From a virus (lineage: Duplodnaviria > Caudoviricetes): DNA of 47,251 bases. Below the pieces are notes generated by a model. The model saw only the letters and a list, made by a program, of their open reading frames with translations, was not told the DNA's origin and did not search any database. Shown piece by piece: positions 8,121-16,783 of this stretch. Both the position numbers and the translations under genes were made by a program. The stretch spans positions 1-47,251 of the IMG/VR virus record IMGVR_UViG_3300021411_000011. One strand, written 5' to 3'. Each line of letters begins with the position of its first letter. Position 1 is the first letter of the stretch.

Positions 8121-9174
8121 TTTTCAACTCCACTCCATAGCTAGCAGTTACCCGACCGGCCTCGGGGTCGATGAACAACAGCCATTGCGTAGGCTCCGAT
8201 TGGGCCGCTAGCACTTCCTGTGCGAAAGTGTTTGTTGATTCGGTGCTGCCGTTCGCCCAGACGCTGCGGTGATTGAGGGGCACCCTGGCCAGTTGGTGAT
8301 AGTGGCCCATCATTACATCCTTGAAGTCACTGTCAGCCCCCAGGCCGCCACTGCCCCATGCGTGGATTTTCTTGTTCATCCCGTACCAGGGCAGGCCCAT
8401 GCTTCCTCGGATCTGATCTCCGTGGATCAACAGGGCTTTGTAGTTGCCGAGTTCCATGATGCGGTACCAGGACCGCTCACCGGCGTAGTCCGTGATGTTC
8501 CACGTGAGCCTGGGTTCGTCGCGGGTCATGAGTTTTGCAACCCGGGTGACCATCTTGTCGGCGTTATCTTCCGGCCCGAACTGCCCCTTGCGGCCGATGC
8601 GCCCGTGGTTGCCGTCGACGGAGTGCACGGTCACCGTGTCGAAGTTCGCCAACAGGACCCGCAGGAAGTCAACGATGATCGTGGGCGTGGAGTTGAACAC
8701 CTGGGCGTACAGTGTCGAGTCGATGAGCCACTGCTGCCCGGGGAAAATGTCAACTCCTTCGAGCAGGTCACCCAGCAGGGGGACATGGCAGTGCCGGACG
8801 GGGTGATCGGCGCGTTGAACGTTCGTGATGGACACGATCTTCTCCGCGTACCGCATGACCCGTTCCCGGCACACATCCGAGCTGTAGTCCGGGGTGACCT
8901 TGCCCGTTTGGAGGTCGGACAGGAGGGGAACGCAGTACTCTTCCTGGGCTCCCGCCTTGCCGAGGCGGCCGACACGCGGGGCTTTCACGGGCTGGAGCGC
9001 GACGCCGGCGAGGGAGTCCTGTACGGCTTCCCATACGGTGGACAGGTAGTCCGACCGTTTGTGTTTCACGTCGAACAACTGCCGGGCGAGTGTGTCTCGT
9101 TGGCGTTTCATGGCCGCCAACTGATCAGCCAGGGCGGCGTCTTCCTCGATCGAATTCACTTCTTCGTCGGGCAT
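8110..9174 (-). CDS. Calcineurin-like metallophosphoesterase
   Basis: LSDLQ, GDLLEG, GNHG, IHGD and GHYH motifs. N-terminal coiled coil. Confidence 0.85.
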   Translation of the reverse strand: MPDEEVNSIEEDAALADQLAAMKRQRDTLARQLFDVKHKRSDYLSTVWEAVQDSLAGVALQPVKAPRVGRLGKAGAQEEYCVPLLSDLQTGKVTPDYSSDVCRERVMRYAEKIVSITNVQRADHPVRHCHVPLLGDLLEGVDIFPGQQWLIDSTLYAQVFNSTPTIIVDFLRVLLANFDTVTVHSVDGNHGRIGRKGQFGPEDNADKMVTRVAKLMTRDEPRLTWNITDYAGERSWYRIMELGNYKALLIHGDQIRGSMGLPWYGMNKKIHAWGSGGLGADSDFKDVMMGHYHQLARVPLNHRSVWANGSTESTNTFAQEVLAAQSEPTQWLLFIDPEAGRVTASYGVELKNGA

Positions 9175-9425
9175 GTGCACTCCTGATGACGGTGGCGCCG
9201 GATGGTGTAGGCCTTCGGGGGGTCGGGGAGCCGGGAGGCGAGTGCCTTGTAAAGCCCACTGGCCGTGAGACTGTCGTTCGCGAGGGCGCGGGTGACCGCC
9301 TCCCGGCCTGCGGGGTCGAGCCGGGCCAGGAACACCCGGACGCCGCATCCGCCCCCTGAGCGGCCTCCCAGGGCTTTCGCGTCACCGTCCAGGGAGCCCC
9401 AGTCAGTTTTCGGTTTGCTCGGCAC
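9156..9425 (-). CDS. Small putative DNA/Zn-binding protein
   Basis: GCGV...TIRRHRHQECTC. Start re-picked at GTG. Confidence 0.6.
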   Translation of the reverse strand: MPSKPKTDWGSLDGDAKALGGRSGGGCGVRVFLARLDPAGREAVTRALANDSLTASGLYKALASRLPDPPKAYTIRRHRHQECTCPTKK

Positions 9426-10365
9426 GCTGCGCCTCCTTTTTGATCTTGTACTTTGTGCGCTCGATTGTACGCACCGCAACACCCATTGTCTCCGCGACCT
9501 GACCCGCAGTCATGCCCTCCGCGAGAAGCCGGAACATCCGTGCGGGGTCGACCTTCGTCGCGTTCCCCCACTCCTTCCGGTGTCCGGCGGCCGTGTACTC
9601 GTTGTGGGCGGTACGGCACGGCTGGCACACGAAGTGCTCGCCCTTCCGTTCGCCCTTGCGGTGCAGGTTGTATCCCTCGTTGGAACCACACGCCCCCGTC
9701 CACTCCGGGACGGCCCCGGGGTCGTCTATCGTGTCCACGTCCCAGCACGAAGGCGGCGCCCAGTGCTTTGCTGCGGCCGTTTTACGGGCCCTGCCCGCCA
9801 TCACCGGGTCAATGCCCACATGTTCGGGAACAACGTGCTGCAACTTGTCGTAGAACCCCCGGATGCGAATGGCCCTGTCCGCCCACAGGAACGCCTTCTC
9901 GCCGGCCGCCAAACGGTGCAACGCCGCCTCCCCGTGGTTGCCTTCCAACCATTTGAGGGGAAACCCTGCGGCGGCCAGGGCCTGTATGCGGCGCACCGAA
10001 CCCAACGGCACCACCTGGGCGCCCCTGCACCTCACGATCGTTGACTCATGCCCCACAGGGCGAATCGTGTCATCGAACCGAAGGGCCATGTACGTGTCGA
10101 ACACAGGGCGGGTCATGCGGATTGTGCGGCCGTTGGCATGCCGGGACACCATCGCATGATTCGATGTGGAGCCCTGGATCTGGTACGACATATGCCCCCA
10201 CGACATTCCTTCGTCGTGAAGGGCATTCAGGTGCCGTACGGCCTGGGCGAGTTCCGCCGGCGTCACATAGGCGGACAGGCCCGGTTTTCCCCGTTTGTAC
10301 TCCAGCACTTTGCGTTCGCGGCGGGTCTGGACCTTGCGGTTGTACTCATTCCTTGGTTTCGGCAC
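9403..10365 (-). CDS. Multi-HTH DNA-binding protein
   Basis: HTH-like segments, RRIQALAAAGF, and C-terminal EGMTAGQVAETMGVAVRTIER. Confidence 0.7.
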   Translation of the reverse strand: MPKPRNEYNRKVQTRRERKVLEYKRGKPGLSAYVTPAELAQAVRHLNALHDEGMSWGHMSYQIQGSTSNHAMVSRHANGRTIRMTRPVFDTYMALRFDDTIRPVGHESTIVRCRGAQVVPLGSVRRIQALAAAGFPLKWLEGNHGEAALHRLAAGEKAFLWADRAIRIRGFYDKLQHVVPEHVGIDPVMAGRARKTAAAKHWAPPSCWDVDTIDDPGAVPEWTGACGSNEGYNLHRKGERKGEHFVCQPCRTAHNEYTAAGHRKEWGNATKVDPARMFRLLAEGMTAGQVAETMGVAVRTIERTKYKIKKEAQRAEQTEN

Positions 10366-10576
10366 GGGAGACCACCCCCAGCAGTTCGCGGACGGCCCCC
10401 TTGTACGGGGAGCCCAGGGCCACGACGGTGGCGGCGGACGCCTCACGGAACATGTTTCCGGGGACGGTCACCGTGTCCCCCACGTGCAACGGGGGGTTGC
10501 CGCATTCGGTGTCCCACGAATACGTGTACTGGCGGGTTCCGGTGGAGAACTTGACCTGTACGAGTTGGTGTGTCAT
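10346..10576 (-). CDS. Hypothetical protein
   Basis: ATGA overlap with the primase stop. Begins MTHQLVQVKFSTGTRQYTY. Confidence 0.65.
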   Translation of the reverse strand: MTHQLVQVKFSTGTRQYTYSWDTECGNPPLHVGDTVTVPGNMFREASAATVVALGSPYKGAVRELLGVVSRAETKE

Positions 10577-11421
10577 GTTCCTTCTTTCCTTCGCTGCAAG
10601 TTGAACGCCGAACGGATGGTGTCGGTGGCCGCCCGTGAATCCAACGTAGTGGCGGGCACCAACAGTTGAACGGCCTCTTCCTCGGTGGCGCCGTCCGTGC
10701 ACATGGAACGGGCGGCCCACAGTAGGGCGTTGGACCTGTTGCCTTCCTGGGCGTACAGCACGCTGTCGACCAGGCCCCCGAAGTTGGCGTTACGCGGTTG
10801 CGCGAACGGGGATTTGGGCTGTACCGGCCGTGGCTGTTCGGTGCACAAGGCGACCAGCCATGACGGGGCCGCCAGAACGGGGGCATCGTTCACAATCCCG
10901 TAAGGCCCCTTCGAGGACACCGACCCGGCACCGAGGACGTACCCCCCTTTCTGGCCGCCGTTGGAACGCACGTCGACCTGGGGGGCGATGCCAGCCTGTG
11001 ATGCTTTCACGCCGGCGGGCCAGTTGTAGTAGAAGTGGAACCCGCCGGACCCGGTGAGGACCGTGTACGTTTCGAACGCCTCCCACCCGCGTTCCTTGCC
11101 GTACCTGTCGGCGAGTTCAACCCACTGGTCGAACCCGGACACGCCCGGCTTCACGTCACAGTCCACTACCAGCAGGCCCGATTGCAGGCAGGGGATGCCG
11201 ATGTTGCACTCCGGGTCCTCCCCCCACCACTTGGCGACCTGTTCGGGGTTGTTCGTGGCAACCTCCGACCAGCGCAACTTGTACGGCAGTCGGGGATTGA
11301 TCAGGTGTGCGACCTTCTCTATGTTGTCCCCGGACTGGGGGCACACGGTCCCCACCGGGTTACACGGGAAACACCAAAAGCCCCTTTGCAGGGCGGCCGT
11401 TGCGGCGGGGAAGGTAGTCAT
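10573..11421 (-). CDS. Bifunctional DNA primase/polymerase (Prim-Pol) with PriCT-like C-terminus
   Basis: GFWCFPC, ATNN, NIGI, LLVVDCD, TGSGGFHFYY, VDVR...GGYV, EGNRSNAL. Confidence 0.9.
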   Translation of the reverse strand: MTTFPAATAALQRGFWCFPCNPVGTVCPQSGDNIEKVAHLINPRLPYKLRWSEVATNNPEQVAKWWGEDPECNIGIPCLQSGLLVVDCDVKPGVSGFDQWVELADRYGKERGWEAFETYTVLTGSGGFHFYYNWPAGVKASQAGIAPQVDVRSNGGQKGGYVLGAGSVSSKGPYGIVNDAPVLAAPSWLVALCTEQPRPVQPKSPFAQPRNANFGGLVDSVLYAQEGNRSNALLWAARSMCTDGATEEEAVQLLVPATTLDSRAATDTIRSAFNLQRRKEGT

Positions 11422-11600
11422 GCGTCGGCGTCCAGGTCGTCAAGGTCGATGGTCAGCCACTTTTCGTACGGGTCGAACGGCGTGGACTTCCGGTAGAGGA
11501 AGATCTCACCGTAGTCGGCGCCGAACGTCACACCGTCCGCCCTGGCTTCCTTGATGAGCTTCACCAACTCGTCACGGTAATAGCCCTTCGACGCGCTCAT
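11418..11600 (-). CDS. Hypothetical protein
   Basis: ATGA overlaps at both ends. Confidence 0.6.
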   Translation of the reverse strand: MSASKGYYRDELVKLIKEARADGVTFGADYGEIFLYRKSTPFDPYEKWLTIDLDDLDADA

Positions 11601-11896
11601 GCGGGGATGGGCCTTGCCGGGGGCCTGCCGCCCGCACCGCCGTGAGGTGACGACCAGATGTAGCCGGCGGCGACACCCGCGAACATAACCTCCCCGGCCG
11701 CCCACTGGGCGCACTGCTGGCGTACGGGGCAGGGGTGGCAGAACTTGTTCCGCACTTCGCGGGCTTCGGCGTTGCCAGGTTGTATGCGGGCGGTGATGAA
11801 CACGCCCTTCTCGTTGTCGTCGGCCTTCAGGCAGGCGGCCCGTTCCTGCCAGGGACCCCGGCGGGGGCGTTCGACGGGTGCACGGTACGGGTTCAT
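11597..11896 (-). CDS. whiB: WhiB-family transcriptional regulator
   Basis: WQERAAC...CHPCPVRQQC...GVAAG: four-Cys Wbl pattern with a variant G(I/V)WGG turn. Confidence 0.85.
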   Translation of the reverse strand: MNPYRAPVERPRRGPWQERAACLKADDNEKGVFITARIQPGNAEAREVRNKFCHPCPVRQQCAQWAAGEVMFAGVAAGYIWSSPHGGAGGRPPARPIPA

Positions 11897-12273
11897 GCGG
11901 GCTCCTCCCACGGGTGGGTGCCGTTGACGGTGAGAATGTCGGAGTCCACCTGAATGTACAGCCGGATCACGGGGGCCTTCCCGACCTCGACGCTACGGTC
12001 GTAACCGTAGATGTGGTCGGAGACGTCCACCCCGCGGACCTTGATGATGTCGTCGGTGGCGACACGAACGGCCGCGTACCCGCCGCGCCGGGGCTGCTGG
12101 GAGATGGACCCCTTGCCGAACTCGACGGTGACTACGTCCGCGGAATCGATCAAGTCGATTTCCGCTGTGTACAGTTCGCCGATATCACCGCCCACTTTCC
12201 AGCGGGTGACCCAGTCGGATACATCCTGTCCGCCTAGGATGATGGTCACGTTCCGGTAGATCTTCTTACTCAC
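11893..12273 (-). CDS. Hypothetical protein with internal duplication
   Basis: IILGGQDVSDWVTRW and IKVRGVDVSDHIYGY. RBS AAAGGA before the GTG. Confidence 0.7.
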   Translation of the reverse strand: MSKKIYRNVTIILGGQDVSDWVTRWKVGGDIGELYTAEIDLIDSADVVTVEFGKGSISQQPRRGGYAAVRVATDDIIKVRGVDVSDHIYGYDRSVEVGKAPVIRLYIQVDSDILTVNGTHPWEEPA

Positions 12274-12293
12274 GTGAGGGGTCCTTTCGGAGA

Positions 12294-12327
12294 GTGGGGG
12301 GCGGGGCGTCGGGCACCCGCCCCCCAC
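12294..12327 (-). terminator. Intergenic stem-loop, probable terminator
   Basis: GTGGGGGGCGGG-10 nt-CCCGCCCCCCAC followed by TCTCC. Weak U tail. Confidence 0.6.
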
Positions 12328-12339
12328 GTTGCGGGTTGA

Positions 12340-12675
12340 TCAGAAGGAGTCCACTACGGCGGACTTGGCGACCTCGTACGCGGCGAGCGCGGCGTCGTAC
12401 TCCTCCTGAACGGAGGTGGCACGGTCGACGGCCGCCTTCGCCTTCAGGAGGCGCGCCTTCGCCTTCGTGAACTCCCGTGCTGCGAGCACCTCGGGCTTCA
12501 CGGTGCGGACCTTCGTCTCGGGTACTTCGGTCTCGGTTGCGGTGAACTCTGCTTCGGGCACGGGGGTCTCCTCGGGTGATGCGGCGCTGGTGGGGTTGAG
12601 CAGGGTTCCGCCGGCTTCGAGGGCGGCGGTGAACTTTTCCTTCGGGACGAACTTCCCGTCGAGGCGGTAGCCCAT
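12340..12675 (-). CDS. Hypothetical protein
   Basis: TAATG overlap with the SSB gene. Ala/Glu/Lys-rich helical C-terminus. Confidence 0.7.
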   Translation of the reverse strand: MGYRLDGKFVPKEKFTAALEAGGTLLNPTSAASPEETPVPEAEFTATETEVPETKVRTVKPEVLAAREFTKAKARLLKAKAAVDRATSVQEEYDAALAAYEVAKSAVVDSF

Positions 12676-13355
12676 TAGAAAGGTGCCTCCGTCCAGTCGG
12701 GGTAGGTGCGGGCGAGGGTCAGGGCCGCCTCGGCGGAAGGCACCTGCGCCGGGTTCACACCCTTGGTGACGAGGAACGCCTGAAGGGCGTTGGGGTCAAC
12801 CGGAGCAGGGGGCGTCGGTGCAGGTGCAGCGCCCCAACCGGCAGTTCCCGCCGCTGTCGCCATACCCGCCCACGGGTCCTCGGTCGGCCGCGGCGCGGCA
12901 CCCCATCCACCGGCAGAGGGGGCGGGAGCCGTAGCAGCAGGGGGGTTCGGCTGGGACACGATCGGGTTCTGCGCCAGGTACTGGGTTGCCAGCGCCGCAT
13001 CCTCCGGGGTGTGGTCGGTCAGAATCCACGGCGGGCTGCCCTTCTTGTTCTCCCCCTGGGCGAGGTGCCCGAGCACCATGCCCCCGATGGAGCCCTTGAG
13101 GGAGCCGACGAGGGCGCGGGGGAACACGATGGTGTTGTCGAGCTTGACGGGCGGGTTGAGGGGCTGGGAACCGTGCTGGGGGCCGGTGGCGAGGATCACG
13201 GCGTTGGCGCGTACCGCGTCGGTGTCGCCGTTGCTGGTCGAAATGGACTGAATGTATTCGGTGGGGAGGAAGAGGAACAACGCCCCCGCCCACTCGGGGT
13301 GATCCTTCGGGCTGAAGGAGTCGCCTCCGGCACCGGGCTGCTGAAACTCGCTCAA
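12675..13355 (-). CDS. Putative single-stranded DNA-binding protein (actinophage type)
   Basis: TSNGDTDAVRA...GMVLGHL...KKGSPPWIL core, Pro/Ala tail ending EAPF. Lies two genes downstream of the exonuclease. Confidence 0.6.
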   Translation of the reverse strand: MSEFQQPGAGGDSFSPKDHPEWAGALFLFLPTEYIQSISTSNGDTDAVRANAVILATGPQHGSQPLNPPVKLDNTIVFPRALVGSLKGSIGGMVLGHLAQGENKKGSPPWILTDHTPEDAALATQYLAQNPIVSQPNPPAATAPAPSAGGWGAAPRPTEDPWAGMATAAGTAGWGAAPAPTPPAPVDPNALQAFLVTKGVNPAQVPSAEAALTLARTYPDWTEAPF

Positions 13356-13534
13356 CGGGTAACCTTCCTTGCTTGCTTGATGGTTGGATTGTTCGGGTCG
13401 AAACGCCAGTGGTTGCCAGGGGTGCGGATGGCCTTCAGCTTGCCTCCCCTGGCCCACCTGTTGACTGTGCGGCGGTCTACTCCGAAGATTTCGGCTACAT
13501 CCTCCGAGGACAGAAGACCCTCATGCTCATTCAC
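13352..13534 (-). CDS. BldC-like / MerR-type HTH DNA-binding protein
   Basis: LLSSEDVAEIFGVDRRTVNRWARGGKLKAIRTPGNHWRF resembles the BldC/HTH_17 pattern. Confidence 0.8.
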   Translation of the reverse strand: MNEHEGLLSSEDVAEIFGVDRRTVNRWARGGKLKAIRTPGNHWRFDPNNPTIKQARKVTR

Positions 13535-13568
13535 TGTTCACCTTCTCTCGGGTCCGGGTGCTAAACGG

Positions 13569-13598
13569 AGCATACAGGCACAGACGCGACTTTGTCCA
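13569..13598 (-). promoter_or_regulatory. Sigma70-type promoter for the BldC-like/SSB genes
   Basis: TGGACA-18 nt-TATGCT in the intergenic gap. Confidence 0.55.
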
Positions 13599-13600
13599 GG

Positions 13601-14425
13601 TCAGGAGGGCTGTTCCGGCTTCCCGGAGCACCCCTCCGACAGGCTCTTGGAGCGCTTCAAATGGAAGCTACAGAACCTGCACTCCGAGGCGTCGATGGGG
13701 GCGGCGTGGGCGGCCTCGACGGGGCTCAGGCCGATCCTGGTGAGGCCCTTCAGCTTCCGGTCGAGCTGTTCGACGCGCTTCATGGCGGCGTCTGCCAGCT
13801 TCAGATCCAGGGGTTCCGTCCAGGCGTACATGTCATCGAGACTGGACGCCTCCCGGGGTAGCGACACAATCGCCACATGGCGGACCTTCTCGCCCCGGCG
13901 GTACAGGCCGGCGCCATAAGCGTGTGCCTGCACCCGGTACGTCTCCGAAGGGCCGTACGTTTTCAGCCTGTTACGGGACCATTCCCCTTGGCATTTCCAG
14001 TCGATGAGGACCATTGCCACCCTATCGAGCAGATCCCCGGTGCCCCTCGGAACCAGTACGGAGGCGAACTTGATGGGCGTTTCGACAGCGTAGCGACCGG
14101 AATCGGCCGATGCCCACTGGAAAATGTCGGCCACCCCCGCATGGATTTGAGTTCCAACCCAAGCCGCCCAACCGTCACCACCAGGGTTGACAGGCGGCAG
14201 ACCGAGCAGCGACATAGCCAGGCGACGATCGCAAGGTGTTCCGATTTCGGAAGGACCCAAGTGCTTCTGAGCGGTTCGATTGCTCTCCTCCTTCCGGTTG
14301 TTGTAGGCGTAGAACGTTTCCTTGAACGAGGTGACAATGGACTGGCCTACGTCGGTCATGGGGATGAACTCGCCGGACAGGTTGGGCTGTACGGCGGACG
14401 GTTGGATGAACACAGGGTCGGTCAT
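13601..14425 (-). CDS. Cas4-like PD-(D/E)XK exonuclease
   Basis: LGPSEIGTPCDRR, GTQIH, GTGDL, IDWK, QAHAY, C-terminal CRFC...C. Confidence 0.85.
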   Translation of the reverse strand: MTDPVFIQPSAVQPNLSGEFIPMTDVGQSIVTSFKETFYAYNNRKEESNRTAQKHLGPSEIGTPCDRRLAMSLLGLPPVNPGGDGWAAWVGTQIHAGVADIFQWASADSGRYAVETPIKFASVLVPRGTGDLLDRVAMVLIDWKCQGEWSRNRLKTYGPSETYRVQAHAYGAGLYRRGEKVRHVAIVSLPREASSLDDMYAWTEPLDLKLADAAMKRVEQLDRKLKGLTRIGLSPVEAAHAAPIDASECRFCSFHLKRSKSLSEGCSGKPEQPS

Positions 14426-14685
14426 GCGACGCACGACCTGTCTACGGGGTGCGTGCACCCCATGGCCTGACGGTTCTTCGCCAGGGGTACACCGTACTTG
14501 GAGGCGACGAGGGCGAACCGCAGGGCTTCGGCGTGGGTTTTGAAGTGATGGAATGGTCTGGGGACGCCATCAATCTCCCAACGTTTGGGGTATGCCCCCC
14601 AGTTGCCTTCTCCGACGCAGAATCCGTACCCGCCGGTCGCGGGAGTGTGCCGGAACTTTTTCACCTTCCATTGGCCGCCGCTCAT
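14422..14685 (-). CDS. Hypothetical protein
   Basis: Fits operon packing, ATGA overlap. Confidence 0.55.
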   Translation of the reverse strand: MSGGQWKVKKFRHTPATGGYGFCVGEGNWGAYPKRWEIDGVPRPFHHFKTHAEALRFALVASKYGVPLAKNRQAMGCTHPVDRSCVA

Positions 14686-14687
14686 GT

Positions 14688-14951
14688 TCACCCGTTCTCC
14701 CCTTGGCACGCCGGGCAGTCGTCAATGGAGACCGTGAAGTCGTGGTCACGGAACCGTATGCCAGGTGGTTCAACAACCCGACCGGGCGACAGGATGGCCA
14801 GCACATCATCCGGGTTGGCCTCCCGTGGGGTGAACCGGCCGCCGGCGCGCTGCTGCGCAACCCGTTCCCACTCCTCCCACTCGGCCAGGACGCGGTCTTC
14901 CTCGGTCGGCTGTTCCCAGGCGCGGAACCAGGCGCGGAGTCGTTTCAGCAT
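14688..14951 (-). CDS. Hypothetical protein
   Basis: MLKRLRAW...CPAC. Fits operon packing. Confidence 0.55.
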   Translation of the reverse strand: MLKRLRAWFRAWEQPTEEDRVLAEWEEWERVAQQRAGGRFTPREANPDDVLAILSPGRVVEPPGIRFRDHDFTVSIDDCPACQGENG

Positions 14952-15223
14952 GTGCACTGCCCTTCTACGCAGTCGTCTTCCTCCACGTCGAACCATGAGT
15001 CGTTGAGCGTGGGGGTGATGATGGTCTCGGTGGCGTCCAGGACGGTGCCCGGCTCATCTTCGTCGGTGGGTTCGGGGAGAAGTTCGGCGCACACGGAGCA
15101 GTACACGTGCCCCATTTCGCGGACTACCGGGGTTTCCCCGGCTACCGTGACGTGCCCCTGGTCGACGCCTTCGCACCACACGGGGGTGGACGGCCAGTAC
15201 CAGCGCTCCGGGTCAATCTCCAT
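14945..15223 (-). CDS. Acidic Cys-containing hypothetical protein
   Basis: RBS GGAA before MEIDPERW. Contains CSVC. Confidence 0.55.
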   Translation of the reverse strand: MEIDPERWYWPSTPVWCEGVDQGHVTVAGETPVVREMGHVYCSVCAELLPEPTDEDEPGTVLDATETIITPTLNDSWFDVEEDDCVEGQCTC

Positions 15224-15740
15224 GCTTGTTCCATTCCTTGAATGCCCAGAAGGGCGGTGCCTTGAGGTACATGATGCAGCGCTCGAAGAACTCGACGGAG
15301 TCACGGGCGTGCCCTAGCAGGTCGTTGCAGGGGCGACAGATCGCGCCGCGCACGCACTGGCCGCAGGACACGGGACCGGGACAGCAGTCGTGGTCGTGGT
15401 CGACGGACAGTCGGCGAGTCTTCCCCGTGGCGCGTTGGCACATGGGGCAACGGCCGCCCTGAAAGGCGACCAGTTGGGCATACTCTCCGGCCGTCAGCCC
15501 GTACGTCTTGCCGACGTACCGCTCATGGTTGGCGGCCGAGCGTCGCTTCTTCTCGACCCGCCAGTGGGTTGCGCAGCGCCCCCCGGACTTCTCGACCAGG
15601 GGGCGGTTGAGCGCGGGGGGCTTCGGCGGCGCGTCCTTCTCGGCCTTGGTCGCCGGGCCGTTGCCCCAGCCGATGGACGCAGCCCACTCGTCGTAGGCAA
15701 CGCACTCGGCCATGCAGTCCTTGCAGCGTTTTTCAGCCAT
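15213..15740 (-). CDS. Recombination endonuclease VII (Holliday junction resolvase)
   Basis: YGLT...QGGRCPMC...LSVDHDH...VRGAICRPCN..LG. Confidence 0.9.
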   Translation of the reverse strand: MAEKRCKDCMAECVAYDEWAASIGWGNGPATKAEKDAPPKPPALNRPLVEKSGGRCATHWRVEKKRRSAANHERYVGKTYGLTAGEYAQLVAFQGGRCPMCQRATGKTRRLSVDHDHDCCPGPVSCGQCVRGAICRPCNDLLGHARDSVEFFERCIMYLKAPPFWAFKEWNKHGD

Positions 15741-16110
15741 GTTTCATGCTCCCATGCCTTACCGCATCTGCCATGTTGGCGGCGTGCGTGTCCCAGCGCA
15801 GATTGGCCACCTGATTGTTGAGGCGGTTGCCGTCGTAATGACAGACCTCAAGTCCTTCCGGCCTGGGACCGATCCAAGCTAGAGCCGTGGCGAAGTGCGC
15901 GTAAAGCCCGATCGATTTGCCGCCCACTCTGGCCATGGTGAACCAGTATCCATTGTTGACCGACAGCCTCATCCATCCGCCCTTTACCCTGGGGCGCCGC
16001 TGGGTCCATATCCTGCCGTCGTCGGTGACCGAGTAGTTCGGGAATCCGGGTATGGGTCGAAGGCTCTTACAGGGCCTCGCCGGCGTCGACATCATCCACC
16101 TTCCTGACAA
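15733..16110 (-). CDS. HNH homing endonuclease with NUMOD4-like N-terminus
   Basis: RPIPGFPNYSVTDDGRI, then AH...AWIGPRPEGLEVCHYDGNRLNNQVANLRWDTHAAN. Confidence 0.88.
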   Translation of the reverse strand: MSGRWMMSTPARPCKSLRPIPGFPNYSVTDDGRIWTQRRPRVKGGWMRLSVNNGYWFTMARVGGKSIGLYAHFATALAWIGPRPEGLEVCHYDGNRLNNQVANLRWDTHAANMADAVRHGSMKHG

Positions 16111-16246
16111 GTCCGTTGACCAACACGTGTGTTGCCGACAGGGGCTTGTCCAGGCCGCACTTCACGCACCAGTCGGCGTGAATGACGACGGAGGGGAACA
16201 GTTGGGCGTTCCACACGTGACCGTCGCAGTCCTCTACGCGGGACAT
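16067..16246 (-). CDS. Small hypothetical protein
   Basis: CDGHVW...CVKCG. Overlaps the upstream stop. Confidence 0.5.
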   Translation of the reverse strand: MSRVEDCDGHVWNAQLFPSVVIHADWCVKCGLDKPLSATHVLVNGLVRKVDDVDAGEAL

Positions 16247-16620
16247 GGCAACCCCTGAATGTAAGCCCGGTCGTTGAACGGGTCCCACGCGGGGGCGTCC
16301 ATGACCCTGTCGCTCTCCTCCCACGCCCACCTGAGAACCGTCTCCGGGTACACGAACTGTTCCATCGTCCACTCGGGAAAACCGCGTTGGTCGACGGGGG
16401 TACAGTCACAGAACCCGTCCTTGTCGAATACCCACTGGAGGTACCTACTGTCCTCGGCGAGGCATGCCCCGTCCCATTTGATGGATGCGAAGAGAACGGA
16501 GTGCTGGTCGAGTCCCAGTCCTGACCAGCCAATGTACCGGCCGCCGCAGTCCCGCATGCGGTCTAGGGTGTCGTAGTCCGCTTCGATGCCGGCGACGATG
16601 TACTCGGTTGCCTTATCCAC
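16234..16620 (-). CDS. Hypothetical protein
   Basis: Protein-like composition, fits operon packing. Confidence 0.65.
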   Translation of the reverse strand: MDKATEYIVAGIEADYDTLDRMRDCGGRYIGWSGLGLDQHSVLFASIKWDGACLAEDSRYLQWVFDKDGFCDCTPVDQRGFPEWTMEQFVYPETVLRWAWEESDRVMDAPAWDPFNDRAYIQGLPCPA

Positions 16621-16783
16621 GGTCCGCCCTGGTCGTCCGGCTCACGTAGGCCATAGCCTCGGCATGCGTAGCGACCCTCCGGCGGGGGCCGCCAGCCCTG
16701 TCGGTGGTGATCAGCCACGGGCGGTCCGGCCATGCCTTCACGGGCACCCTGCGGACCGTGAAGAACCTGAATCGGGGCGTCAC
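16613..16783 (-). CDS. Small basic hypothetical protein
   Basis: GTGA overlap. Shares THAEAM/THAEAL with 14422-14685. Confidence 0.5.
   Translation of the reverse strand: MTPRFRFFTVRRVPVKAWPDRPWLITTDRAGGPRRRVATHAEAMAYVSRTTRADRG

Noticed and set aside
13601-14425. Cas4 as evidence of a CRISPR system
   Set aside because: Solo Cas4-like exonucleases near SSB genes are ordinary phage recombination genes.
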